Below, piece by piece: positions 47,218 through 57,073 of a stretch of 64,000 bases of DNA. Source of the DNA: a virus. How positions within the stretch are numbered: position 1 is the first letter of the stretch; every line of letters starts with the position of its first letter. The translations under genes and the position numbers were made by a program. Location: positions 1 to 64,000 of IMG/VR virus record IMGVR_UViG_3300034101_006340; one strand, written 5' to 3'. Below the pieces are notes generated by a model. The model was not told the DNA's origin. It made no database searches and was given only the letters and a program-made list of their open reading frames with translations.

Positions 47218-48227
47218 CTGATGATTGCCAGAATATAGCCGATAAAATTAATAGCACCAAATTAGCTAACAAAAAAATCTTAATAACGGGTGCCACAGGA
47301 TTGATAGGTCTACATTTGGCTAAATCAATAATATCTATTAAACAAAATAATAAACTTGTTTGTCTATTTAATTCAGAGATAGATCCTAAAATAAGACCCC
47401 TATTCGATGACAACAATTTGTCTTGTGTTGCCTATGATCTTACTGATTTGAATTGGAAGTATTTAAATGAATTTGTTGCTGAGTTTGATATTATCATTCA
47501 TGCTGCTGGATATGGTCAACCAAATAGATTTACTGCTAATAAAATAAAAACAATATCACTAAATACAGAAATTACACATAGATTATTTAACCATTTAAAG
47601 CCGGGGGGAACTTTTTTATTTTGCAGTACTAGCGAAATATATAGTGGTTTAGAAAAAAATAATATTTCTGAGGATGATATTGGTGCAACTCAGCCAGATC
47701 ATCCAAGATCATGTTATATAGAAGGCAAAAGATGTGGGGAAGCCATATGCCACGCTATTAAAGATCAATATCCCGATAAGCAATATAATATTAAAATAGC
47801 GAGAATTAGCTTAGCATATGGTCCCGGAACTAGAATCAATGATGCTAGAGTATTAAATAATCTTATTCAAAAGGCTATACAAAACAATAAGATAGAATTA
47901 TTAGATAATGGTAGTGCTATTAGAACTTATGGTTATATTACAGATATTACTGAAATGCTATTGAATATTATGTTGCACGGTCAACACTCAACATATAATA
48001 TAGCTGGTCAATCTCGATTATCTATACTAGAATTAGCCTCAAAAGTAGCATCTCTGACCGATAGTCCTTTAATAGTGCCTGAAAGCACTAATGGTTTGGC
48101 GGGTAATCCTAAAAATGTTAACTTATGTTTAGATAGATATGCTAAAGAATTTCATAAATCAGACTTTATAGACATAGATACTGGATTACAAAAAACAATT
48201 CAATGGCAAAGGTTTTTATATGCATAG
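47202..48227 (+). CDS. NAD-dependent epimerase/dehydratase (UDP-glucuronate decarboxylase-like)
   Basis: ITGATGLIG, STSEIY, RSCYIEGKR, YGPG. Confidence 0.85.
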   Translation: MLDIITDDCQNIADKINSTKLANKKILITGATGLIGLHLAKSIISIKQNNKLVCLFNSEIDPKIRPLFDDNNLSCVAYDLTDLNWKYLNEFVAEFDIIIHAAGYGQPNRFTANKIKTISLNTEITHRLFNHLKPGGTFLFCSTSEIYSGLEKNNISEDDIGATQPDHPRSCYIEGKRCGEAICHAIKDQYPDKQYNIKIARISLAYGPGTRINDARVLNNLIQKAIQNNKIELLDNGSAIRTYGYITDITEMLLNIMLHGQHSTYNIAGQSRLSILELASKVASLTDSPLIVPESTNGLAGNPKNVNLCLDRYAKEFHKSDFIDIDTGLQKTIQWQRFLYA

Positions 48228-49146
48228 AATATTAAGTCAAGATATTGAAAAAATATTATCATTACCAGTACCAAAACATATTGCAAATAAATTAGATTCT
48301 ATAGATGAATCTTTAATATATACAGACTTATCACCAGTAGACTATGAACAATATCTTATACATGTTATAAATGTACTAACAACACCCATAACTCAAAGTG
48401 GACCACATAGACTACAAGACTGGGAAAAGGGCTGGAAAGAAAACTTAGTAGAATTTGCTAAAACTCAAAATACTAATTTATTAATACCTAAATATCATGG
48501 TAAACACCGATATGTAAGATGGCAAGGTAGAATAGTTAATCCTGTAACGAAATATTTTGACTATAAAATTCATACATATATTATAGATACTATAATCGAT
48601 CACTATGTAAAAAATATTAATAATATTTATGAATTTGGCTGTGGCCCAGCGTACCACCTACTAAGATTATCTTCTTACTATAACGATAAACAATTCTTTG
48701 GATTAGATTGGACAAGTACATCGCAAGAAATTATTCAGTTGATTAATGAAATAAATAATACGTCTATTATTGGTAATAGATTTGATTTTTTTAGTCCAGA
48801 CTATAATGTAATTATACATCCAAATAGTTTAGTATATACCATAGCGGCGCTCGAACAAGTTGGTAAAAATTTTGTTAATTTTATTGATTATTTACTAAAA
48901 AACAAACCACAAATTTGTATACATCTTGAGCCCATGTCTGAAACATTAAATAAAGATAGTTTGGTTGATTTATTATCTATTAAATATTTTGAAAAACGTA
49001 ATTATTTATCTGGATTCCTAGAATATCTATCGGCTCTTGAAAAACAAAAAAGAATAGAAATCATAGATGTTCGTAGAACATATGCTGGCAGCTATTTTAT
49101 AGAAGGACACTCGCTGGTTGTTTGGAGACCATTAACTAATGATTAG
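48220..49146 (+). CDS. Class I SAM-dependent methyltransferase
   Basis: YEFGCG, GLDW, FDFF, ALEQ. Confidence 0.75.
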   Translation: MHRILSQDIEKILSLPVPKHIANKLDSIDESLIYTDLSPVDYEQYLIHVINVLTTPITQSGPHRLQDWEKGWKENLVEFAKTQNTNLLIPKYHGKHRYVRWQGRIVNPVTKYFDYKIHTYIIDTIIDHYVKNINNIYEFGCGPAYHLLRLSSYYNDKQFFGLDWTSTSQEIIQLINEINNTSIIGNRFDFFSPDYNVIIHPNSLVYTIAALEQVGKNFVNFIDYLLKNKPQICIHLEPMSETLNKDSLVDLLSIKYFEKRNYLSGFLEYLSALEKQKRIEIIDVRRTYAGSYFIEGHSLVVWRPLTND

Positions 49147-49819
49147 TCTACTAATACCCACAAGAAAAAGATTTCATTTTATCAAAAAATCTCTTTCTAG
49201 TGTTGTGCGTCAAGCAGATGACATCAATCAATACGAGGTGTTGTTTGCTATCGATGATGATGATTTAGAAACGAGAGACTTAATAGAACAATATTGTATA
49301 GGACTAAAAATTAACTATAAAATTATTATCTTTAAAAGACTATACTATAAAAATTTTCATATATATGTCTACGAGCTTTTTCAACATGCTTCTGGTCAAT
49401 TATTATGGGCTGCCTATCCTGATGATATGGAAATACTAACACCTCATTGGGATACAATTTTAAATCAAAAATATATAGATAAGCTTTATTTGAAAACTAG
49501 ATTTAAATGCAATGAATATAAAAATAATTATGCTTGTGAATTTGATAGCTGGAAATACTCTGTTGCTCCCATTTTAAACAGAAGATGGTTGGATGCCACT
49601 AAAAGAATCGGATGTAATTCTCAAACTGATGTTTGGTTGGGCACAATAGCGAGCGAGCTTGATATTGTAACTATTGTTGATGAAATTACTTGCGATATTT
49701 TTAACCACGCAGACGGTTCTCAGCACAACACAAGAGATATAGAATTACCTGATATAAAAAAAGAATGGCTTCTAGACAAAACTAATATACAAGAACTTCT
49801 CAATAAGGATCTAAGATGA
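49139..49819 (+). CDS. GT2-like glycosyltransferase
   Basis: ISLLIPTRKR, FAIDDDD, PDD. Confidence 0.7.
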   Translation: MISLLIPTRKRFHFIKKSLSSVVRQADDINQYEVLFAIDDDDLETRDLIEQYCIGLKINYKIIIFKRLYYKNFHIYVYELFQHASGQLLWAAYPDDMEILTPHWDTILNQKYIDKLYLKTRFKCNEYKNNYACEFDSWKYSVAPILNRRWLDATKRIGCNSQTDVWLGTIASELDIVTIVDEITCDIFNHADGSQHNTRDIELPDIKKEWLLDKTNIQELLNKDLR

Positions 49820-50724
49820 ATACTTTAGTGACTGGAGGAAAAGGATTAGTTGGCTCCTTTATACCCTTCGGATTAAAGCCAACAAAAGATATATTAAATT
49901 TATTAGACTATCAGGCTTTGGAAAGATATATAGAAAACAATAATATTTCAAGTATCATACATACAGCAGCCAAGGTTGGAGGTGTTCATAGTAATACAAA
50001 GTATGTGTTTGATTTTTTTGTAGACAATCTAAATATTAATACAAACATCCTCAAAGTCTGCCAAAAATATTCTATTAATAAGTCTTTATTTATGATCTCT
50101 ACCTGTGCATTTCCTAAAAATGCTCAACTACCACTACAAACAGAGTCATTGCACAATGGAGAGCCACATGAGACTAACTATGGCTATGCTTATGCAAAAA
50201 GAATGATAGAGGTTGGGATTAGATCATTAAAACAGCAATATAATCTAATGGCGAATTCTATTATTCCATGCAATCTTTATGGAGAGTATGATAATTACCA
50301 TTTAGAGAATGGCCATGTTATTCCTGGTTTAATTCATAAATGCTATCTAGCTAAAAAAAACAATACTACACTAGAAATTTGGGGGTCTGGCAATGCTGAG
50401 AGAGAGTTTATTTATGCAAAAGATATAGCTGATATAATTGATAGTATTCATAAGAATAATCTCTATATAGATGGGCCAATGATAGTATCTCCCGATTCTA
50501 TTATTACTATTAAAGAAATAGTTCATAATATAGTTAAAATTATGAAATTCAATGGTGAAGTATATTTTAATACTACAAAACCAGAGGGTATTCTCAAAAA
50601 AAATTCTTCTAACGCAAAGTTTAGAACACATTTTCCGGATTTTCAATTTACTGCTCTAGAAGAAGGTCTTGGTAAAACAATCGAATACTTTTTATCCAAT
50701 TACTCTTCTGTGCGACAACAATGA
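49816..50724 (+). CDS. fcl: GDP-L-fucose synthase-like epimerase/reductase
   Basis: VTGGKGLVG, AAKVGG, STCAFP, YAYAK, PCNLYG, HVIPGLI, WGSG..EREF. Confidence 0.85.
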   Translation: MNTLVTGGKGLVGSFIPFGLKPTKDILNLLDYQALERYIENNNISSIIHTAAKVGGVHSNTKYVFDFFVDNLNINTNILKVCQKYSINKSLFMISTCAFPKNAQLPLQTESLHNGEPHETNYGYAYAKRMIEVGIRSLKQQYNLMANSIIPCNLYGEYDNYHLENGHVIPGLIHKCYLAKKNNTTLEIWGSGNAEREFIYAKDIADIIDSIHKNNLYIDGPMIVSPDSIITIKEIVHNIVKIMKFNGEVYFNTTKPEGILKKNSSNAKFRTHFPDFQFTALEEGLGKTIEYFLSNYSSVRQQ

Positions 50725-51062
50725 TATATTGTTTTGATATCGATGGAACACTGTGTACTCAAACCGATGGTAATTATGATAATGCTATACCTATCCAGCA
50801 CAGAATTGATATAGTTAATAGTCTATACGAAAACGGAAACACCATCTATCTTTTAACCGCAAGAGGAATGACAAGATCAAAAAATAATACTGCTATAGCT
50901 TATGGAGAAATGTATTCCCTTACTAAAGAACAATTATCTAAATGGGGTCTCAAATATCATATGCTGTTTCTAGGAAAGCCTAAAGCAGATTATTACATAG
51001 ATGACAAAGCGATGATCGATACAAAGTTTTTCCATGATGGATCGAGCGAAGCAGGCTCTTGA
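50721..51062 (+). CDS. Small HAD phosphatase (capsule-locus type)
   Basis: FDIDGT, TARG, GKP..DYYIDDK. Confidence 0.85.
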   Translation: MIYCFDIDGTLCTQTDGNYDNAIPIQHRIDIVNSLYENGNTIYLLTARGMTRSKNNTAIAYGEMYSLTKEQLSKWGLKYHMLFLGKPKADYYIDDKAMIDTKFFHDGSSEAGS

Positions 51063-51561
51063 CAACCCAAACAAAGAACACTATAATAGAGCCATGAGAC
51101 CAAACTGGCAAAATTATTTTCTGGGACTGGCTAAGGTTGTATCACAACGAAGTCATGATATACACACCCAACATGGTTGTATAATCACAGATGCTCAAAA
51201 TAGAATCTTGGGCGTGGGGTATAATGGTTTTCCAAAAGGAATGAATGACACCACACTGCCCTTGACAAGACCAGAAAAATATCACTGGATGATACATGCA
51301 GAAAGAAATGCTTTATCTAATTGTGTTATTAGACCAGACAACGGTATAGCATACGTAACCGGCCAAAGTTGTAATGACTGCATTATGGCTTTATGGCAAG
51401 AAGGAATAGTCAAAGTTGTTATGGCTAAGTCTCATGGAACAAAATTATTTGATGAAGAAGCCCAAAAAAGATTCGATTTATTTGTTGAACAAAGCGGTAT
51501 TGTTATTGAAAAAATAGATACAGACTTTTCTTGGATCAAAAATTTATGTGGTGTATTATAA
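51034..51561 (+). CDS. dCMP deaminase
   Basis: GYNG, HAERNA, CNDC. Confidence 0.9.
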   Translation: MMDRAKQALDNPNKEHYNRAMRPNWQNYFLGLAKVVSQRSHDIHTQHGCIITDAQNRILGVGYNGFPKGMNDTTLPLTRPEKYHWMIHAERNALSNCVIRPDNGIAYVTGQSCNDCIMALWQEGIVKVVMAKSHGTKLFDEEAQKRFDLFVEQSGIVIEKIDTDFSWIKNLCGVL

Positions 51562-51675
51562 AAATAATTTCATATATTATTGTTTCTGAAGCCCATTTTT
51601 CATTTGTCAATTATGATAAATAAATTATTCTCGTTATTTATGGGCATTATTAATTAAGATTTCTAAGGAGATAGT

Positions 51676-53874
51676 ATGTCTGCATTGAACGAATTACAAA
51701 ATTATACATTTGTTAGTAAGTATGCGAGATGGATCGAAGACAAAAAAAGAAGAGAAACTTGGAAAGAAGCCGTTGATCGCGTCAAAAATATGATGCACAC
51801 ATATTATGCCGATAAAAATATCAGCCAAGATATTGATTGGGCTTATGATCTAATGTTCAAAAAGAAAGTACTAGGCTCACAAAGAGCGCTTCAATTCGGT
51901 GGAGAGCCGATTCTAAAAAGACATGCTAAGATTTATAACTGCACAAGTTCGTATTGTGATAGACTACGCTTTTTTTCCGAGTGTTTTTGGCTGCTTTTAT
52001 GTGGTAGTGGCACAGGATTTAGCGTACAAAAGCACCATGTTGCGAAGCTTCCAGCCCTATCGAATAAAACAAAAGACTCCGATCAAGGTCTAAAATATAC
52101 AATAGATGATAGCATAGAAGGCTGGGCAGATGCCCTAGGAGTTTTATTAAGCTCGTATTTCGTAAAACCATCCGAACCTAAATTTAAAATGTATCAAGAT
52201 ACATATATAGTTTTTGATTATTCAAATATCCGTGAGAAGGGTTCTGCATTATCGTCTGGTGTTGGTAAAGCCCCCGGTTTCGAGCCTCTTCAGAACGGCC
52301 TAGAAAAAATCAGAAAACTATTAGATAGTTGTGTTGCTAATGGTCAGAAAAAACTTAGACCAATCGACGCATACGATATTATTATGCATAGCAGCGATGC
52401 CGTTTTATCTGGTGGTGTTCGTAGAAGTGCTTCTTTGGCCCTATTTAGTCCAGACGATGAGGAAATGGCTAAAGCCAAAACCGGCAACTGGTATATGGAT
52501 AATCCACAGAGAGCAAGAAGCAATAATTCTGCTCTTTTACTCAAGAATGATACTACCTTTGAACAATTTGCTAAATTGATGGAAAGCGTTAAAGAGTTTG
52601 GAGAACCAGGATTTATTTGGAGTGATTCCACCGAAATGACATTTAATCCATGTGTTGAGGTTGGCATGTGGCCGGTAGATGAAAAAAGTGGTGAGTCTGG
52701 TTGGCAAGGATGTAATTTATCAACTATTAATTGCTCCTCAGTAACAGACGAAGATGATTTCTATGAAAGATGTAAGGCGGCAGCCATTATTGGAACTCTA
52801 CAAGCCGGTTTTACAAATCTAGAATACCTTGGACAAACCAGTCAAAGAATTTTTGATCGTGAAGCTTTACTTGGCGTGTCATTAACAGGTATTATGGAAA
52901 AACACGATATTGTACTTACCGAAAAAGTATTAAAACAAGGTGCAAAAATTGCCGTAGACACTAATAAGATTATGTCTCAAAAAATTGGTATTAATCAAGC
53001 TGCTCGTGTTACTTGTTTGAAACCCGAAGGCACTAGCAGTAGTATGCTTGGAACAAGTTCAGGTATTCATCCTCACCATGCCAAGCGATATATAAGACAT
53101 GTACAAGCCAATATTTTAGAAGCGCCATACCAACATTTTAAAAAATTAAACCCGCAAGCTTGTGAAAAATCTTCTTGGTCGGCCAATAATACTGATGAGG
53201 TAATAAAATTTCCAATAGAAGTACCAGATGGAGCTAAACTAAAAAATCAATTACCGGCAACAGAAATGCTAACAGTAGTAAAAGAAACACAAAAAAACTG
53301 GGTGTATTCTGGTAAAAACAGATCATTATGTACTCAAGACTATTTAAGTCATAATGTTAGCAATACTGTTACCGTCAAGCCAGATGAATGGCAAGATGTT
53401 ACAAAGTATATCTATACTAATCGTAAATATTTTGCTGGTATTAGTCTAATTCCTCAAAGCGGAGACAAAGACTATCCTCAAGCGCCATTTACCACCGTAT
53501 ATACAAGTAGAGAAATTGTTAAGGAATATGGGGATGCCGCTTTATGGTGCTCCGGTCTTATAGAACTAGCACTAAATTCTTTTAATCACAACTTATGGGC
53601 AGCTTGTGATTATGTGAATATGAATCAAGCTAAAGAGAATGATAGCGATGATAAGTTGAAGTTTATAACAAAAATGAAAAACTTTGCTGGAAAATATTTT
53701 AATGGAGACGTTAAACGTTTAACCTATTGCATGAAGGACGTGTATAACTGGAAATTATACTGTGATCTATATAATAGTTTCACTAAAGTTGATTATACGC
53801 AACTATCAGAAGTAGAGGATAATACTACTGGTATAGAGGAAATTAGTTGTGCTGGCGGCGCTTGTTTAATTTAA
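51676..53874 (+). CDS. nrdJ: Class II (B12-dependent) ribonucleotide reductase
   Basis: GGVRRSA, NPCVE, CNLSTIN, KPEGT, C-terminal CAGGAC. Confidence 0.92.
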   Translation: MSALNELQNYTFVSKYARWIEDKKRRETWKEAVDRVKNMMHTYYADKNISQDIDWAYDLMFKKKVLGSQRALQFGGEPILKRHAKIYNCTSSYCDRLRFFSECFWLLLCGSGTGFSVQKHHVAKLPALSNKTKDSDQGLKYTIDDSIEGWADALGVLLSSYFVKPSEPKFKMYQDTYIVFDYSNIREKGSALSSGVGKAPGFEPLQNGLEKIRKLLDSCVANGQKKLRPIDAYDIIMHSSDAVLSGGVRRSASLALFSPDDEEMAKAKTGNWYMDNPQRARSNNSALLLKNDTTFEQFAKLMESVKEFGEPGFIWSDSTEMTFNPCVEVGMWPVDEKSGESGWQGCNLSTINCSSVTDEDDFYERCKAAAIIGTLQAGFTNLEYLGQTSQRIFDREALLGVSLTGIMEKHDIVLTEKVLKQGAKIAVDTNKIMSQKIGINQAARVTCLKPEGTSSSMLGTSSGIHPHHAKRYIRHVQANILEAPYQHFKKLNPQACEKSSWSANNTDEVIKFPIEVPDGAKLKNQLPATEMLTVVKETQKNWVYSGKNRSLCTQDYLSHNVSNTVTVKPDEWQDVTKYIYTNRKYFAGISLIPQSGDKDYPQAPFTTVYTSREIVKEYGDAALWCSGLIELALNSFNHNLWAACDYVNMNQAKENDSDDKLKFITKMKNFAGKYFNGDVKRLTYCMKDVYNWKLYCDLYNSFTKVDYTQLSEVEDNTTGIEEISCAGGACLI

Positions 53875-53895
53875 TTCTATACGAGAGGCACTACA

Positions 53896-54618
53896 TTGAG
53901 AAAAAAAACAAGAAAGAACAAAGAAAATATTCTAGACCTTACTAATAAGATTGTTCAAGATGAAATTGTCTGCAATTTTAAAAATAAACTAAAACCAAGA
54001 AGTAAAAATCAAGCAGAGTATGTGAGAACTGCTGCTGAGAATATTATTACTTTTTGCCAAGGAGTAGCTGGCAGTGGTAAAACCCATATTGCTATAGGAA
54101 TGGCCTTAGAATATTTATTAGATCATAAAGTAGAACGCATAATTATTACCAGGCCTGTTGTAGAAGCAGGAGAAAAGATAGGATATTTACCCGGAACAGC
54201 AGAAGAAAAAATTCATCCGTATTTATTACCTATACTAGATGAAATTAATCATTTTATATCAATACAGACTTATACAAAATTAAAAATTACAAACAGAATA
54301 GAAGTTGTGCCTCTTGGACTAATGAGAGGAAGAAGTTTTCACAAGTGTTTTATAGTTGCCGATGAGTGTCAAAATGCATCTTACGACCAGCTAAAAATGC
54401 TATTGACACGAATTGGGATAGACAGTAAAATGATATTGACCGGAGACACAGCACAATCCGATTTACAAAAACACCAAAGGGGTGGATTTGCAGATATGAT
54501 TAGGGTTCTTGGCGATCTTAATCATTTAGGTTTTGTAAAATTATCTACATCAGACATTGTTAGAAATCCAATTATCGGTGATATTATTAATCGCTTAGAT
54601 TCGTATGAGCAAACATAA
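53896..54618 (+). CDS. phoH: PhoH-like ATPase
   Basis: GVAGSGKT, GYLPG, MRGRSF, DECQN, GDTAQSDL; TTG start. Confidence 0.92.
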   Translation: MRKKTRKNKENILDLTNKIVQDEIVCNFKNKLKPRSKNQAEYVRTAAENIITFCQGVAGSGKTHIAIGMALEYLLDHKVERIIITRPVVEAGEKIGYLPGTAEEKIHPYLLPILDEINHFISIQTYTKLKITNRIEVVPLGLMRGRSFHKCFIVADECQNASYDQLKMLLTRIGIDSKMILTGDTAQSDLQKHQRGGFADMIRVLGDLNHLGFVKLSTSDIVRNPIIGDIINRLDSYEQT

Positions 54619-55165
54619 GTCTTGTTTAGTATTAAATGCTGATTATTCACCCATTGGAATCATAGACTGGCAAAGAGCTATGATTTGGTATTATCGATAT
54701 TATAATAATACTAAGCCCAGTATTGATATTGTAGAGTATCATGATAATGACTATGTAATAGGTATTGATCAAAAATTTAGTTTGCCGGCCGTTATCAAAA
54801 CTACTCGTTATTTTAGAATAAATAATTCATCAGTAAATTTTTCTCGAAAAAATCTTTTTATCAGAGATAATCATACTTGTCAATATTGTGGATGTTCGTA
54901 TAGTATTAATCAATTAACATATGATCATATAATACCAAAATCACAATGGACAAAAGATAGCTCGCCCACAACATGGACTAATATAGTAACGGCATGTAGA
55001 AAATGCAATGCTAAAAAAGGAAATAAAACACCTTCTCAAGCAAATATGCCACTCATTAATAAGCCCTATGTTCCACAAAAAGCACCCAAATACTTGCCAC
55101 TGTACAGCGAACTGCTTACTATATCACATGATATTCCAAAACCGTGGCTGATATATATCCAATAA
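54605..55165 (+). CDS. HNH endonuclease
   Basis: RDNHTCQYCG, TYDHIIP, NIVTACRKCN..K. Confidence 0.9.
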   Translation: MSKHKSCLVLNADYSPIGIIDWQRAMIWYYRYYNNTKPSIDIVEYHDNDYVIGIDQKFSLPAVIKTTRYFRINNSSVNFSRKNLFIRDNHTCQYCGCSYSINQLTYDHIIPKSQWTKDSSPTTWTNIVTACRKCNAKKGNKTPSQANMPLINKPYVPQKAPKYLPLYSELLTISHDIPKPWLIYIQ

Positions 55166-55166
55166 T

Positions 55167-55520
55167 ATGCCTGTTTATAGCTATAAATGTGATAAGTGTG
55201 ATGGTAGTTTTGAATTGTTTTTTTCTATTAGGGAATATCAGGAATCCCCTAGGTGTGCTCTGTGTTCCTCCAAAAACACCACCAGACAATACATAGCAGA
55301 TGCAGCTACCATAAACACATCTGTTAAAAAATCCGATTCAGAACTCAAAACTATTGGCGATTTGGCAAATAGAAATAGAGATAAACTATCACAGGATGAA
55401 AAAGAAGCCTTGTTTAAAAAACACAACGATTATAAACTACAAGAATCAACCAAAGAACTACCAAAAGGAATGTCTAGAATAAAGAAGCCAACACAAAAAA
55501 CAAAATGGAGAAATAAATAA
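55167..55520 (+). CDS. FmdB-family zinc ribbon protein
   Basis: MPVYSYKCDKC...F...CALC. Confidence 0.8.
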   Translation: MPVYSYKCDKCDGSFELFFSIREYQESPRCALCSSKNTTRQYIADAATINTSVKKSDSELKTIGDLANRNRDKLSQDEKEALFKKHNDYKLQESTKELPKGMSRIKKPTQKTKWRNK

Positions 55521-55910
55521 ATGTCTATATTTAGTAATAATAATGTTTTTGGAACAAAAAATACTAGAGAAAATGTTGAGCTATATACTATGGCTGGAGA
55601 AGAGGATGATATCAATCATGGCATCCCTACTAGGAATAATGACGATGACAAAGTATATGCTAAAAAAATTCAACGTTCTGATGCTTCCTTAAAGTATCTT
55701 ATACGATTAGATCCATCGGCTAAATTATTTAATCCTTTATCTATTTATGATCAAACAGACAAAAGACCCGTCACAGAATTTTTGAACTCTGTTTGTCGCA
55801 CCAATAAAAAATTCAAAGAAGTAAATAGTAAAACCTTCGAACTATATTTAAAATTTTTATCAACTAAAAATATTTCATGGCTACATAACGCTGAAAGAGA
55901 GATATTATAA
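55521..55910 (+). CDS. Hypothetical protein
   Basis: Coupled ORF. Confidence 0.65.
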   Translation: MSIFSNNNVFGTKNTRENVELYTMAGEEDDINHGIPTRNNDDDKVYAKKIQRSDASLKYLIRLDPSAKLFNPLSIYDQTDKRPVTEFLNSVCRTNKKFKEVNSKTFELYLKFLSTKNISWLHNAEREIL

Positions 55911-56236
55911 TGAATAAAATAACTAATTTGCATAAATATGCAATATTATGGTTAAACAGTCAAAATTTATCGGTGGAAGCTATAGGTGAGGAGCTAAAAT
56001 TAACAGATAAACAAATTCAGAATGTTTTAAATAAACATATCACCAGTTCTACTATCAATAACAAAACAGAGACTGTGAAATCAAAAATAAAAGATCTAAT
56101 GATAACCGACAGCGCCTCTGCTAAACACAAGGTTACTATTATGACCAAGGCGGCTTCGGAAGTTGCCGATGAAAGTAAAAAAAGTAATATACCCACGCCT
56201 TCAAATAAACCATATATTTTTAAGCCATCTAATTAA
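55910..56236 (+). CDS. Hypothetical protein with N-terminal HTH-like segment
   Basis: LSVEAIGEELKLTDKQIQNVL. Confidence 0.55.
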   Translation: MNKITNLHKYAILWLNSQNLSVEAIGEELKLTDKQIQNVLNKHITSSTINNKTETVKSKIKDLMITDSASAKHKVTIMTKAASEVADESKKSNIPTPSNKPYIFKPSN

Positions 56237-56238
56237 TT

Positions 56239-56661
56239 ATGACAAACAAAGATATTTTTAAAGATATTTTATCTGAATCCGAAATCGAAACACTTATAAC
56301 TCTTCAAGAAAAAATTCAATCCAAGTTATCTGAAAAAGTAACAGAAAACACAGAATCTAATCTTTTAGAAAATTTCGATTCATCTTCTCCTTACGCATTT
56401 GATGAAATAAATAAACCAAACCATCTTTCAAATGAAAATCGTGAGTTGATTTTTTATGTTAGAGCAGAAGTTAGTTCCATAGATTATGAAAACCATAAAT
56501 ATTTATCACTAGATCAATGTTTAGATGAATCTTTTCATATTCCCATACCGTCTGGTACTAATTTAGATAATAAGATTAATGAATTCATGAATATTATTGA
56601 AAATAGTCTAAATGATTTGGCAAAAAAAATACATAAACCACAAGATGGAAAAAACAAATAA
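56239..56661 (+). CDS. Hypothetical protein
   Basis: ORF in operon. Confidence 0.6.
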   Translation: MTNKDIFKDILSESEIETLITLQEKIQSKLSEKVTENTESNLLENFDSSSPYAFDEINKPNHLSNENRELIFYVRAEVSSIDYENHKYLSLDQCLDESFHIPIPSGTNLDNKINEFMNIIENSLNDLAKKIHKPQDGKNK

Positions 56662-57073
56662 ATATATATCAAGATACTCTAATAATAAATCAGTATCTGA
56701 AGCTCAGTACATTACTGAGTTAATTTGTGAAAAAAAAGCCAAGTTAGAAAAAACAGATCTTCATTTTCGTTTTTGGTTATCAAAAAAATGGAGTGCTTTT
56801 TTTCGTAATCAAATTGCTTCCGCCAATAAGCTACTGTCTCAATATAGTGCTAAAGCTATTGTATCAGCGCTGTTAGATAGCAGAGCAGATAAAATTTTTT
56901 CATTGCGAGCGCCGCACCTCAAACCTATCATAGAAGAGAAAGAAGATATTCTACAGTCTACTAACAACCAATTAACAAAGGATATTTCTCGTAAATCAGA
57001 TGTTTCTTTTGGGCGTATAAATAAATCTAACAATATACTTTCTAGACTAGAGGACATAGACAATGACAGTTAA
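56645..57073 (+). CDS. Hypothetical protein upstream of recombinase
   Basis: Coupled to recA-like gene. Confidence 0.65.
   Translation: MEKTNKYISRYSNNKSVSEAQYITELICEKKAKLEKTDLHFRFWLSKKWSAFFRNQIASANKLLSQYSAKAIVSALLDSRADKIFSLRAPHLKPIIEEKEDILQSTNNQLTKDISRKSDVSFGRINKSNNILSRLEDIDNDS

Noticed and set aside
51562-51675. Cobalamin riboswitch or structured leader before nrdJ
   Set aside because: Only short AT-rich inverted repeats (GCCCAT/ATGGGC, AAATAA/TTATTT); too short and lacking B12-box features
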